Assembly (NCBI GenBank): GCA_038087875.1
Contig: CM075986.1
Coordinates: 11,222,001 to 11,286,000, forward strand
Source: Malacoraja senta
Lineage: Eukaryota
Length of the DNA stretch: 64,000 nt
Direction of reading: 5' to 3'
Below, piece by piece: positions 11,851 to 24,589 of the stretch. The notes below the pieces were generated by a model. That model was not told the origin of the DNA. It was given only the letters and a program-made list of their open reading frames with translations, and searched no databases. The translations under genes and the position numbers were made by a program. Every line of letters starts with the position of its first letter. The stretch's first letter is position 1.

Positions 11851-12849
11851 TATGCAAATGATGCAGTTTTAGGCAAAAATTAATATTTCAAAACTCTAAT
11901 CATTTAAAAATAAGGAAACATAAATATTTGGTGCTGTTGCTTGACTAGATTGCATCGATCTTGAGATTAGCTTTACATGCCAATGATCTTCAGCTGTCAG
12001 CTGGATTCCAAAGTGAATCATGCAATTTTGCTGAATGGTGAAAAACATTTCTAATCCTATTCTCCACTTATCCAAAACCAAATCAATTCGTCATCCTAAA
12101 ACTGACCCTCATCATTTGATTTGACCTAAAATTGTGAGTATATATGCCCATAATCAATTTTTCACCTCATCTATTTTTTGGAAGAGGCCACAATAATGAA
12201 ACACACATATTTGGGCCAATGTAACTGAGAAACAGTTCTATTGGAAACACACCACTGAAGCAGACATTTTAAACAATGAGGGTACAGTTTTCCATAATAA
12301 AGATAGGAAAATATTACTTGGAATTTACTGACTGGGATAACTGGGCCTGCACTTGTGACCAAATGCAAATCCATATACATTAACTACTAGACCTTTGCAC
12401 CATTATGATTTTGTAATATGACATTTTAATTTACAATGAAACAGAATACCCAATAATAAACAAAAGCTCTCCTCATTGAGGCCAATGAGACAATGTTAAC
12501 AACAACTTTAATATACACAAATCAAAACAGAAAAATGTGTACATTTACAATGAGATCTAGCAAATCAATGCGTAATTCATGCATCTGTAATTGAACTAGA
12601 AAAATAGAATGAAAAAAAGAAAAAAAACGACCGGATAAATTGGTTAACAGAAAATGAACAGAGGAAAAGATACAGAAGAAAACACATTTTTCCACGAAAA
12701 GAAATGTGAAGATCTTACAAAACGTATTTTAATTCTATTATATAAGGAACAAAGAGGATGTTTCACAGAAGCAAAGATAATAAAATAATAATAATGTCTA
12801 GAATATGGAGGTTGGAATTTACAAGTAGTGACAAACAAATTAACTCTGC

Positions 12850-13165
12850 ATAACAGTGTCAGAGTCCTGGGTTCGATGCTGACTACGGGTGCTGTCTGTA
12901 TGGAGTTTGTTCGTTGTCACTGTGACCAGGTGGGTTTTATCCGGGTGCTCCAGTTTCCTCCCACACTCCAAAGACGTACAGGTAGGTAGGTTAATTGGCT
13001 TCACTGTACCAATTGGTGCATGTGACAATAAATCTCTTTTGAACTTTGGTAAGTTGTAAAATTGTCCCTGGTATGTCGGATAGTGTTAGTGTGTGGGGTG
13101 ATCACTGGTCGCTGCGGACTTGGTGGGCCGAAAGGCCTGTTTCCACCCTTTATCACTAAAGTCTA
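12850..13165 (+). mobile_element. HE1-like SINE carrying a ~45-bp Rex-type LINE tail (~13001-13047)
   Basis: SINE similarity interrupted by tcactgtaccaattggtgcatgtgacaataaa. Confidence 0.75.
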
Positions 13166-13767
13166 CATTAGACTTCCAACTGTTTGTTCGAGTCAAATAG
13201 GGAACTATTCAGCTAGGAAGAGGAGCCTTGGATGATGTTGGAACTTTAATAAGAATGAAGAAATGCGAGGCCAACTTTATTATTCATTAGAAACTGTGAG
13301 GAGTTTGTTGGGGGCAAGTGCAGGGGGTGGGGAAAAGATAGCAGGGAGACAAGCTAAAGGGCCTGTCCCACTTAGGAGACCTCCACCGCGACCTCTGGCG
13401 ACCTTAAGCAACTTTTTTTTTTAAATCAAGGTTGCGGTGACCTACAACCTCCTACGACCTTCCACGACTATGTGTACAACCTCCTACGACTACGTTGAAG
13501 ACCTCCCTCGACTATGAAGAAGACCTCCTTCGACTATGTTGAAGACTGGCTTCGACCATGTACGTTTTACTCGAGGATGGTCTCTGGCAAATTAGTCCGT
13601 GAATGAGCATGACCCCCTTCCACCTCAGAGGACCACACCAAAAACAAACAATGACCAGTGACGAGTGTCTACAGCTCAAATGATCACCTGATAAAACGAT
13701 GTCACGTTTCTCCATTTTTTCTCACTAAAAAATGCCTGCCAGGTTTTTTTTTAAATCATTCTGAACC

Positions 13768-14033
13768 ATGCAAGGAAGGAAGGAACTCGTTTGGAGGATG
13801 TTAGTAAAAATATTACTGCTGTTTGCAGTAGCCCTTTTGCTTCAGCAACCTTTTAAGGAAGGCAGAAGGGGAAGAGCAAGGGTGAAGAGGAAGCACAAGA
13901 AGAGGTCTCAATGGGTGAATGGAGATGATGTGATGGACTGTCCCAGTACACCAGATGACTGGGAGAGTGGCGCTGGGCTTTGACAAAAGATGGAACTTTA
14001 AGCACACATGTGGGGCAGTGGATGGCAAGCATG
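13768..14033 (+). pseudogene. Harbinger transposase remnant (N-terminus and first catalytic Asp motif)
   Basis: ...KRKHKKRSQWV, deletion, CPSTPDDW, frameshift, RVALGFDKRWNFKHTCGAVDGKH (13964-14032). Matches the WNFPxxxGAxDGKH motif of DDE_Tnp_4/HARBI1-type transposases. Confidence 0.8.
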
Positions 14034-14425
14034 ACATTCTTGTCCCTGTAACCCTCATTTTCCTTGTCGTACATTCTGCTGGAACCATTCCTCAAGGTCC
14101 CCCTCCTGCTGCCTGGTGAAGGTGTAGGGCATAACCTTCCTCCAGTGAATGGGGCATCTGCCTCTGATGCTGTGTCAGGCACAGGAGAAAGGGCTGCTTT
14201 GCTGACTTCAAATGAGGCAGTGAAGGATAGGCTGGTGGTGGGGACATATACTACCACCCTAGTCTCCTCCTCCAGGGGTCTCTCATGCAGGGATACCTCC
14301 TCCTGCACTATCACCTCCTGTGGCATCACCTCCTGCCACTCCTCCTCCTGGGTGGGCAACACCTGCATGGCAGGGTTTTTTTAGGGTTGTGCCCTCCCCC
14401 TGCGCTGCTGCCTTTGTGGTGCCAT
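14034..14425 (-). pseudogene. Harbinger ORF2 Myb/SANT/MADF-like remnant
   Basis: MAPQRQQRRGRAQP, acidic linker, then FTRQQEGDLEEWFQQN / MYDKENEGYRDKN across frameshifts, resembling a MADF N-terminus; convergent with the transposase. Confidence 0.65.
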
Positions 14426-15537
14426 CTCTAAAACACAAGTCTCCTCTCCAAAAAACTCTCCAGCTATGAATGAACATGCCTTGGAGTGACAGAGGTGACG
14501 TTCTGCTGTTTAAATAACCTTTTTTTTCTACTGACCTTTTTTTCACCCCGGAGCTATTACCTTCGACTACCTTCGACTACCTACGACAAGCATCACGACC
14601 TACTACGACCGACTTCGACCAGACCTACGACTAAAAAAAAATATTGATTTTTCCCACGGCGACCTATTTTTAGTCGCGGTCAATTTTTAACTTTTTGAAA
14701 AATACGCCGTGACCTAGCTGAAGCCTCGACTACGCAGAGACCACTCTCGACCATGAAGGAGAGTGACGAACACCTCCTACGACCTTGTGGCAACCTTGCC
14801 GCGACTATGGGTCGTGGGCAAACTTGCCAGAGGTCGTGGTGGAGGTCGCTCAAGTGGGACAGGGGCTTTAGACTCTCCTAACATTGTAATTATTAAGCAT
14901 AAGTCTGTATGTGTACATTGCATACTGCATGTGTACATTGCACCTACCAGGAGGTGGTCACATTTAAGTTCCTGTGCAATCCTCTTGTTAAATAAAATTT
15001 CCACTCAAATAGATGCACAATTAACAATAGTCTGTAATTTCCAGACACGCACATGCTAACAGCTGGGTCTTTCCAGTGAAGCACATATTCATAAAACTTC
15101 CCTCTTTAAGGGGAAAATAAAAATAAAAAGTAAAGCTCTCTGAGGCAGAGTCGGTGTGGGTGAGTGGGTGTTCAACTTGAGATAAGAGAACTGAACAAAG
15201 CCACACATGCGAACACATGAAAGATGAGAGAGGGAGACAAAGTGCTGATTAAGCTTTTAGGAAACAGGAAATGTTTTCTCAGAAAAAAGAAAGAGAAATA
15301 GAGAAGGTTAATCCTGGTAATCATTTCAGATCTACATATTTCAAAGAGGTGTGCCTTTGGTAAAATGCAGGTATAGCAAGTAATTAGAAAGGTAAATTGA
15401 ACATTAACCGTTATGCAAAATAATTGGCATCTAGAAGAAGTGATGGTATACTGCGGCTGTACAAGGCATTGGTACTACACCTGGAGTAAGGCATATTGTT
15501 TTGGATATCATTTATGGAAGGATACATTTGAACTTGA

Positions 15538-15824
15538 CTTTAGACTTTGGAGATACAGTGCGGAAACAGGCCCTTTCGCCCACGTCGACCAGCAATCACA
15601 CCGTACACTAACACTATCTTACACACTAGGCTTTTTTTACTGAAGCCAATCAACCTACAAAACCTACAAACCTGTATATCTTTGGAGTGAAGGAGGAAAC
15701 CGGAGCACCCGGAGAAAAACAAAGCGGTCACCGGGAGAATGTACAAGCTCTGTACAGGCAGCACCCGTAGTCAGAATCTAACCTGGGTCTCTGGTGCTGT
15801 GAGGCAGCAACTCTACCAATGCCG
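15538..15824 (-). mobile_element. HE1-like SINE
   Basis: Similarity to other copies. Confidence 0.85.
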
Positions 15825-16174
15825 ATTTGGAGGTCCAAGCCGCTGAGGTTGGCCTCCCGTTCCGACGTCGGAGTTCCAACATCCCGGCGAGCGGGCCTGA
15901 GCAGCGGGCCGCCCGTAGCGGCGACTGCGGAGGGCTCCGGAGGCCCCGACCACGGGTGAACATCAGGAACATTAGAGGAAGATGACTGACTTTGGTGCCT
16001 TCCCTCACAGTGGGAAACTTTGATTCTGCTGTGTGGGGATGTTTTATGTTGAACTCTATCGTGTGTTGTGTTCTTTATTTTATTGTATGGCTGTATGGTG
16101 ATCACATTTCACTGTGCCAACTGGCACATGTGACAAATAAATGTATCTTGTATCTTGTATCCAGTATCTTGTAT
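15825..16174 (+). mobile_element. GC-rich non-autonomous retroelement, 3' part with Rex-type tail
   Basis: Shares a gccttcc.tcacagtg...ctgtg...ggatgtt block with ~59778-59827; ends gtgacaaataaa(tgtatct)n. Confidence 0.55.
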
Positions 16175-16366
16175 GCGGTCACAGGGATAGCGTACAGACT
16201 CTGTACAGACAGCACCCATAGTGAAGATCGAATCCGGATCTCTAGCGCTGTAAGGCAGCTCTTCTCCCTAGTGTGTAGGATAGTGCTAGTATACAGGGTG
16301 ATCGCTGATCGGCACAGACTCAGTGGGCCGAAAGGCCTGTTTCCACACTGTCTCTCTAAAGTCTAA
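16175..16366. mobile_element. HE1-like SINE with inverted 5' part
   Basis: 16175-16259 matches the head/core on the - strand; 16265-16366 matches the tail on the + strand. Confidence 0.65.
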
Positions 16367-17329
16367 AGAGTGGTGAGAGCCCAATCACTGAAAATGTCCA
16401 AAGCATGTGTAGACTGAATGCTGTCTACAGGGGAGTCAAGGATGGCATGGAGTGGCCACCAATACAAGATCAACCACAATCATTGATTGCCCTGCTCCTA
16501 TCCCTTAAAATACTTTTTAGTAGGTTTAATTTTAAGTATTAAATGTTTTGACAAATATGAAAATGCCCAGAGATGGGTTTCTGCTTAGAAAATAATTCTC
16601 CAGGGCACAGAAGATCAGTTATTACCCACAAAATACTGTTGATGAATGAATAAGATCTGTTCATAACACCCTTCCATAAACAATTAACCCAATTTGGTAA
16701 GGTTCAATCAATGGTCTAAATCTTCCATCCAAAGAGAACGATTCTATTCCACAAACCACGGTTACTCAATGCATAAGCCACAGAAAAATGGAAGGACGCC
16801 TTTTGCAATCAAAGAATAATTCTTAGCTCTTAACAACCCAATCTTTGAGGAATAGCATTAAAAGAGAAGTACAACACGGCAAATATATTCACCATAACAG
16901 GTTCCATTCCTTGAACTGGTGGATTAATTTACAGTGCAGCCCAGCTTTTTAAGTCCTTAATAACACTATGCTTTTTAAGCTCCTATACTCCTTAATAGCA
17001 GTATGCCCGTTGAGATCTCATCTTACAAAAGTATGGAAGATTGATAATAACTTGGAAATTATTCACTCAAAAGATTACAGGCAATCAAGCTGCAGATCAG
17101 GAAATATGTGACAGATTTAGACAAGAACACTTAACACACATAAAAACAATGACTTTCAACCCATATAAGAAACAATCAGATATCACAATGGGAGACTGCA
17201 TTCGAATGTTTAAGTTAAATGGATCAAATGCACCCAATCACCTCATACTTAACTACTGTCAATCTTGCGCATTGCAACATGGATTTTAATGGTGGTCAGG
17301 TTGACTTCATACGTTCCTAGAGTTGAATC

Positions 17330-17620
17330 ATACCATTCAAGAACACGCATGTCCTAATCACTCCCCAGTCATCTCTCTTCTCCCTTCTCCTGTCGGGCAA
17401 AAGATATAAAAGGTCGTCGAGCAAGGATATATTCCTGATTTACCAATCTACCTCGTTATGCACCTTGCACTTTTTAGGCATCTGCACTTTCTTTGTGGCT
17501 GTAACACTTTTTTGCACTCACTGATATATTCATGTATGCTATGATTTGCTTAGATAATATGCAAAACAAAGTTTTTCACTGTATCTCGGTACGTGTAACA
17601 TCAATAATATACCAACACCA
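17330..17620 (+). mobile_element. Rex1/Babar-type LINE 3' fragment
   Basis: Degenerate ...FSLLLSGKRYK; 3' UTR ends tttcactgtatctcggtacgtgtaac. Confidence 0.55.
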
Positions 17621-17883
17621 AAATCAGCTCATGTCTTGCATGCATGACTAGGAAACGCATCAATGACCAAAGTGTGCCATTAAACTGGAATCTGAGTGAT
17701 GATCAGGACTGGAAATCCAAGTTCACGACTCCCCTCCGTAATCCCAAGACAATAATAATTTGCCAGCTAATATTCTGACTGCGGTCACCCAACTCGGTGG
17801 AGTCAAAAATGAAAACACGGGACTTTCTGCCGTACACTTGAATACTGGGATGGGCATGGCGGAAAGCCCATACTTTCACTATA

Positions 17884-18514
17884 TTTTAGTTTAGAGATAC
17901 AGTGAGGAAACAGGCCCTTCGGCCCACCGGGTCCGCGCCGACCAGCGATCCCCGCACATTAAAGGGCCTCTCCCACTGAACGAGGTAATTCAAGAGTTCT
18001 CCCGAGTTTCCCCTGATTCGAACTCGGAGAATTACGGTAATACCCACTCGTAGGTACTCGGGGCTCTCGTGGACATTTTTCAACATGTTGAAAAATCTTC
18101 ACGAGCTTACCGCGTTTCCCCAGTACCTGCCGTTAGCGTTTCGAGCCGCTAAGAGACGTCCCGAGCTCCGACGTACCCGCTACGTACATTCTACATACTT
18201 ACCACGAGTTTGATTTTTTTTAAACTCGGGAGAGCTCTTGAATTACCTCGTACAGTGGGACAGGCCCTTAACACTATCCTACACCCACTAGGGACAATTT
18301 AAAAAAAAAACATTTTACCAAACCAATTAACCTACAAACCTGTACGTCTTTGGAATGTGGGAGGAAACCGAAGATCTCGGAGAAAACCCACGCAGATCAC
18401 GGGGAGAACGTAAAACTCAGTACAGACAGCACCCGCAATCGGGGTCGAACCCGGGTCTCCGGCGCTGCATTCGCTGTAAGGCAGCAACTCTACCGTTGCG
18501 CCACCGTGACTGCC
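17884..18514 (-). mobile_element. HE1-like SINE split by a Harbinger MITE
   Basis: SINE sequence is continuous across the insert: cacat-TAA...TAA-cactatcc. Confidence 0.9.
17963..18268. mobile_element. Harbinger MITE (306 bp), TAA TSD
   Basis: TIRs agggcctctcccact / agtgggacaggccct; TAA at 17960-62 and 18269-71; removing it restores the host SINE. Confidence 0.9.
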
Positions 18515-20319
18515 ATTCTAACCATTAATTCCATCATCTTCTCTCTCCTTTTGCAAAGCTTGTATTTTGATTTCAGAGCCACATGCTTTGTTTCAGAGCT
18601 TTAAAAAAAAAGTGAAACTTTAAACATTTCAATACTCAGAGCCTTAGTGACTCCATCAATACTTACTAGCTAATGCCTAGGATACACTGTAATTTGAAAA
18701 TTTGGACAGCTCTACAGCATCACAAAAATCAGTCTCCGATGTGTATTACAAGACCTGCAGCTTCATTCTGTGTTCGCCAGAACAAACAAGACCAACACAG
18801 TGAGCTTTTGTTGAGCGTCTGGCTGTGGGCACAATTACAAGCCTGTTTCAATGTAGGATTGTGCACCCAAAAATGCATCACACAATGACACAATTGGCAT
18901 CATTCTGCTATACAATGCTTTATGTTCTGAAACACTTTCCCTGAAGCCATTTCAACTGGATTCAATTAAAGAAAACCTTTGGTAAAACCAAGACTAAAGT
19001 AAAATTGTTCTCCTATCTGCCACTCAGAAGGCAATACTAACAAGCTGCAGAGAGATGAGTGTGCAGCAGAACCAGCATTTTGAAGCCATTGCATTGTCAT
19101 ACATGCAAAGAATGTAACTTAAATTCTATCTATCAGAACTAAGTAACTGTTCATTACATATCACTTGTTTAAAACGTTTAAATAGTCATGGCACTTGAGG
19201 TTAAAAAATTCCTCTACTCATAAATTACCAAGTATGCTTCTTATATGAAACCAAATTAAAGTTAGTCAAATGAAAAGAGAATGGCAATGATTATTTGATT
19301 TCACCCAATGTGGGGTGACTGTATGAAAGTAGATTCTAAAAATAAGTAAATATTCCAAAGGAAAAGCATCTCTGATTGTTTTTAATTGATTAATGTTACT
19401 TAATTATTTATTGTATAAATGTTGTTGTTCAGGCAATGTGCCGTGAAATTTTTTGCTAAGTTAAAGATGTCCTATAAATGGAAATGTCATTGCATAAATT
19501 TAGTCTCTTTGGTTCCCTAGAATTTTTTGCAATCCAAATACTTCACATCAACTTATACCTAATAACTGTTCTCGGCCCTACAATAAGCGCAAACTGGATG
19601 AATTTGCTGTCAATATGGTCTCCTCTGCATCTCACCCTCCATCTGATGAAATTTCCAATGATGCTCCATAGATGCTGCCTCACCCATTGAGTTTCTCCAG
19701 CATTTTGTGTCTACCCTCATTTCAATAAATCTATGTTGCTGTGCATCTATGGTATGATGAAAGTTAATTATTTTTGTTTAATACATATTATAGTATATTC
19801 ACAAAGATTCTTTTTCATGGCCCCTCACCAAATCATTCCTGTATTCATTAATCCCCCTCCACCTCACCTAGCGGCCAATCCCATTCCCCAATAAATGTAT
19901 ATTTTTATTTGGTCTCTGGTTTCTGGTCTTTCATGCTTGAGATTAATGGAGGATATGGATTTGCTTTCAATATTGAAAGTTCAAAACAGATGATAGCAAT
20001 ACGTTACACGGACATACTCCAAGAGATCTAAAACAAACGAATTTGAGGGAAAGTTAATCGTTCTTGTTTTTATAAACTTAATGAATTAAATCTTCTGTCT
20101 ATAATCCCACATTTTGGTCCTTCAACTACTGGAGACAATGAGCACAACATGGTGACTCGGCAGTTAATTTTGCCACGTTACAGCTCCAGAAATCCCAGTT
20201 CAATCCTGACCTCGGGAGGAGAATTTGCATATTCTCTCCTTGACCACATGGGTTTCCTCTGGATGGTATGGTTTCATATTCATATCAATATTTCTGCATA
20301 AGAGGGATGGGTGGCACAG

Positions 20320-21090
20320 TCATACAGCGTGGAAACAGGCCCTTCGCCCAAACTTGTCCATGCCAATCAACATCTCCCATCTATACTTGTCCCACCTGCC
20401 TTCATTCGACTTATATATCCTTCTAAATCTATCCTATCCATGTACCTGTCTAAATATTTTTTAAACATTGTGATAGTACCTACCTCAACTACCTCCTCTG
20501 GCAGCTCATTCCATACACCTACCACCCTTTCTGTAAAAGTGTTGCCTGGGGATGAAACTGTTCCTAAGTCTGGAGGTGCGGGCATAGAAGGCCTTGTAAC
20601 GTCTGCTGGAAGGTAGGAGTTCGAACAGTCCATCTACAGACCTCCCCAGAAACCTGCCATTCACTGTGTAGGTACTGACCTGGTTTGACGTCCCAAAATA
20701 CACCTCTTACTTCTCTGTATTAAACTCCATTAACCATTCCTCAGCCCACCTGCCCAACCGATCAAGATCCTGCTGCAATTTTTCACAACCATCTTCACTA
20801 TTTCCAATGCCACCCACTTTAGTGCCATCCGCAAACTTATTAGTGTCATGTGCAAACTTAAGTTGCAGATTGGCCACAGAGATAAGGCACAGTATCGCAG
20901 TTTCCTCCCACATCCTAGTGATGAACTGTAGGTTAATTGACGATTGTAAATTCATAAGTTCATAAGTGATAGGAGCAGAATTGGGCCATTTGGCCCGTCA
21001 AGTCTACTCGGCCATTCAATCATGGCGGATCTATCTCTCCCTCCTAACCCCATTCTCATGCCTTCTCCCCATGACCCCTGACACCCGTTA
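20320..21090 (-). mobile_element. Cluster of CR1 fragments with a Rex-type piece (20540-20625)
   Basis: ORFs ERVVGVWNELPEEVVE, KFADGTKVGG...LQQDLDRLGRWAEEWLMEFN and LFELLPSSRRYKAFYARTSRLRNSF. Confidence 0.8.
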
Positions 21091-21456
21091 GGGTGGATGG
21101 ATTATCATTAGGATGGATGGGAGGAAGGTGAAATGGGGTTGTGATGATGGGCATGTGAGAAAATAGTTCACAGGGAAATAAATGAGAATGCTCGGTTGGC
21201 TGGCAGAGACCCAAGGGGATGAATGGCCTCCTCCTCTGTTGTAACAAATTTGTGAAAGCACGTTTCAAGCTCAGTCAGCACAAGTAGTTCTGCTTTTACA
21301 GTTCTTTCTATAATACGAATTGGATACAATGCAATTGATGAATTGAGGGAACATTATTTGTATTACACCAACCACATTTGTGATAACACAATCTCAAAAG
21401 GTTCAAAGGTCTTTTATTGCCACGTGGACCAATTAAGGTACAGCAAAACGCGATAG

Positions 21457-21492
21457 AAGAATGGAGAATCACTAAAGAATGGAGAATCACTA
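21457..21492. repeat. 18-bp tandem duplication at the damaged left end of a Harbinger element
   Basis: aagaatggagaatcacta x2. Confidence 0.9.
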
Positions 21493-21496
21493 AAAT

Positions 21497-22209
21497 CACT
21501 TAGGCAACCTTATTTGCGAGTTCAGGATACTCTGCGTCCGCCACAAGGTCGCCACATGTTCGTAGGTGGTCTCTGGTGAGTCTCCTTCACGGTCGAGAGG
21601 AGTTCCCGCATGGTGGTAACTATTCGCGGCCTCAGTATGGTCGCGCAAAATTTTTCAACATTTTTTCGCGACAAAAAAATTGGTCGGCATGGAGAAAATC
21701 GATACTTTTGAAGTCGTAGTGCAGTGGTAGTGGGGTTGCCATGTCGTTGTAGGTAGTCGAGGTAGCTGTAGGAAATCTCCTTTGCTGACCGGGCATTTTA
21801 ATTGGCTCATTGGGGAAAAAAAAACATAAGCAAGAGATTTCAGAGCCAAGGAAAACCGACCGGTATTGTTAAATGCCCGCTAAACGTCACAGCTGTGTAT
21901 CCCTGGCTTCTTAAAATGTGTCTCCACTCCTCCCCTTCTCCCACCCCCCCCCCCCCCCCCGCTCTTTTAAATCACTTACCGTACAATGTGCTAGCCGTCT
22001 TTAACCTTGCTGTTCATCGCGGATATCACCTTGGCTTTGCACCGTGTGAATTTCATACAGCGCTCCCCCCGCTTTCCCTAGCCCCCACTCTGTGTGTGTG
22101 CGTGCGTGTGTGTGTTCCGCGCTGATGGTTGCGTATTTTCAGGCGAGTGCCCCCGAGCTTGAAGGTCGCAGACAGTCCGCTGAAAAGTCGCGTAAGTGGG
22201 ACAGGCCCT
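21497..22209 (-). mobile_element. Non-autonomous Harbinger element, left TIR lost
   Basis: Right TIR aagtgggacaggccct plus TTA; 21540-21770 resembles the reverse complement of 14570-14810. Confidence 0.8.
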
Positions 22210-23287
22210 TTACTTTGGAAATTGACAAGCTGAAAAGGGTGTCTTGGGGGGAAAAAATTATCAGAATTGGAAGAAAAAGCTTACAAGTAACTTCCCCACA
22301 GTAATCAGATACAATTCTCTCTTAAGAAGACAGTCTGTCAGTTTCACCACAGGAGGCCACTGAAATTGACACGTGTAATGATACTCTATTAAACAGTATA
22401 ACATAGAGCCTTTATTATGTTTAGCTTGCAGTAACAAGACTACACCTATGGCTATAAAAAACCCCGTTATTTCTGAAAATCCTGCAGGAAAAATAACTTT
22501 GTTATTACATGTATCATACACTGTAGCCCCAAACCCCTCTTTTCGCCATTGACACTACTGCTTTCAATAACACAACTTTTTATAATGCAAAGGTTCCTTA
22601 GGAACCCAACTATCATATTATAGCATGTATTGCACGTTGATTCAAGTACTGCATGTACTTGAATCCTCCAAATGGATTTGCAGATTTGCAGTTAATCCTT
22701 TGTAAACACTTTCTAAAGCAAGGCACCCAAATGCTGCACATTCACGATTCAGCAATTATGTCTTTGCGAAGTTTAAAAACTCATCATTACCTCGTGGCAT
22801 TATTTTATATATCTCTTGCGATAACACCAAGAAAGGCAGTGCTTTATATTTAAAGCAGCCCTATTTATGTAAGTGAGCTTTTCACTCTCCAGCTGAAGGT
22901 TACCTCTCAACAGTATGTGGTTGCAGCTCTTGAGGATGTTGCCCAAGTAAATCATGCGCAAAGTGGGCTTAAATCCTCATTATCTCATTTGGTAATGCCA
23001 CTGCCATGTGGATAAATTAAAATGTCTTGGAACACTAATTTTGTTATTCCTGCTCCATCTTACTGCAGCTTTCCTCTTCAATTTCCTATTCTCAATGCTC
23101 CAGCATTGTGCATCAAGCCATTTATTAAAAAATAATGAATACCGAACATATTTGTTTTTACTCCTTCCGAATCACCATCAATTATTTAATTATTCCTGCA
23201 GCAAGCAAGCCTTCCTTTATTAATATTTCCACTTCTTCCACTCTCACATTTTCTTTGTCCTCCTAAATATAAAATGACAATAAAAGA

Positions 23288-23289
<2 letters not shown>

Positions 23290-23325
<36 letters not shown>
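23290..23325. repeat. (ATT)n microsatellite
   Basis: Direct observation. Confidence 0.95.
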
Positions 23326-23328
<3 letters not shown>

Positions 23329-24048
23329 TGGGCCCTGACGTGTTTACTTTCTATTCTTTTCTAGTTTGCTGTCAGATTTCTGTTAGTTCATTTCCCATTT
23401 TTATCGTGACGACATGGTCTAGATTTCCCTGTACAGTAATTGGATCCAGTTCCTCTACTTAATTTCCCCACACCCCATTCATTGCCATTATAACATTTTA
23501 AATGTTTTTGTTAATTTTCTGCGTTTCCTTTGCCATTTTTTGTTTAGGCTACATAACATCCTTCACTTTAATCTGCTCCTTGTTTTTAATGAGTCTATTT
23601 GATTGCATTCGTCTACTAAAATCTCTCTGGATCATGTGTTTCTCTCTGCAAGACTCGCGGATTTACGTTTTTTTCCCAGTTGCCCTTCATATTTTGGTAT
23701 TTAATGAACAACTTGCAAGTTGGCATTCTTCTTCCTACAATTGAAACGTGTTATAGTGGGTGCAAAGTGCTTTGGGATGGTTTGAGGTCATGAATGGCAC
23801 TATATAAACATAAATATTTCTTTCTTGTATTTCACACCTTCAGCTGTTTATTGATTTCCCCAGGCAGCTAGTCCTTCTGTATTACAGCACAGGGTAAGGG
23901 AAGTAAGAGCCAGTTTTACCGCTTATGAAATTCATTCCTTCCTTATTTTCTAATTCAAGCCTATCTTGCAGGATGGAGAGGACACAAGTAGTGGAGTTAT
24001 TCAGTTGGTCAGGCAGCATCTCACGAGAACATGGATAGGATGGAGACC

Positions 24049-24254
24049 TGTAGATTGATGATGCATGTGAATCAATCACACTTAGCCAGCATCACTAACT
24101 CCAACCCATTATAACATTTATACTAACTCCCATTCCCAGCATCGTTAGTTGAAGCAGCTAGGATGAACTGACAACACCTCGTTTTGTAATGCTGCCAAGT
24201 TATTGTGTTGATTAAAGATGTGTGTAAATCTTATACAGTTTAATGTGATTTACA
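24049..24254 (+). repeat. 5' LTR
   Basis: TG...CA; ATTAAA at 24211-16; 5 substitutions relative to the 3' LTR. Confidence 0.95.
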
Positions 24255-24272
24255 TGGTGTCAGAAGTGGGAT
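24255..24272 (+). promoter_or_regulatory. 18-nt primer-binding sequence, exact complement of the tRNA-Leu 3' end
   Basis: TGGTGTCAGAAGTGGGAT is the reverse complement of AUCCCACUUCUGACACCA (vertebrate tRNA-Leu CAA/CAG-type 3' end, recalled rather than searched). Confidence 0.85.
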
Positions 24273-24589
24273 GGTGTGGGCGCTTAATGGCAGTGTTCAG
24301 GTCTTTGGGATTAATGCACAGGCGGATTTCATCCTTTCCCTTCTTGACTGTGGCAATCATGGTTGAGACCCAGTCGGTGGGGTCGCTGACTGCTTCAATT
24401 ACGCCTTTGGAGACCATGTCCTTCAGCATAGAGTGAACCCTGTCAGTCATGGCAAATGACAATCGGTGCGGGGCTCGGATTACGGGTGTCACATCGGGGT
24501 CAGTAATAATCTTGTAGGACACAGGCAACTTGCCTAGGTTGTTGTCGAAGAGACCAGGGAATTCATTCAGTGGATCAAAAGAAACTTGC
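24267..24589 (-). pseudogene. Inverted Gypsy RT N-terminal fragment
   Basis: FPGLFDNNLGKLP...PVIRAPHRL...KGVIEAVSDPTDWVSTM...DEIRLCINPKDLNTAIKRPHHP. Confidence 0.9.

Larger units (their letters stand above)
13358..14867 (+). mobile_element. PIF/Harbinger DNA transposon, internally deleted derivative
   Basis: TIRs agggcctgtcccact / agtgggacaggggct; TAA and TTA flanks; subterminal cgac(c/t) repeats; transposase and MADF remnants inside. Confidence 0.85.

Noticed and set aside
23008-23744. Strand-biased region resembling decayed coding sequence
   Set aside because: Multiple stops in the frames examined and no recognisable motif.
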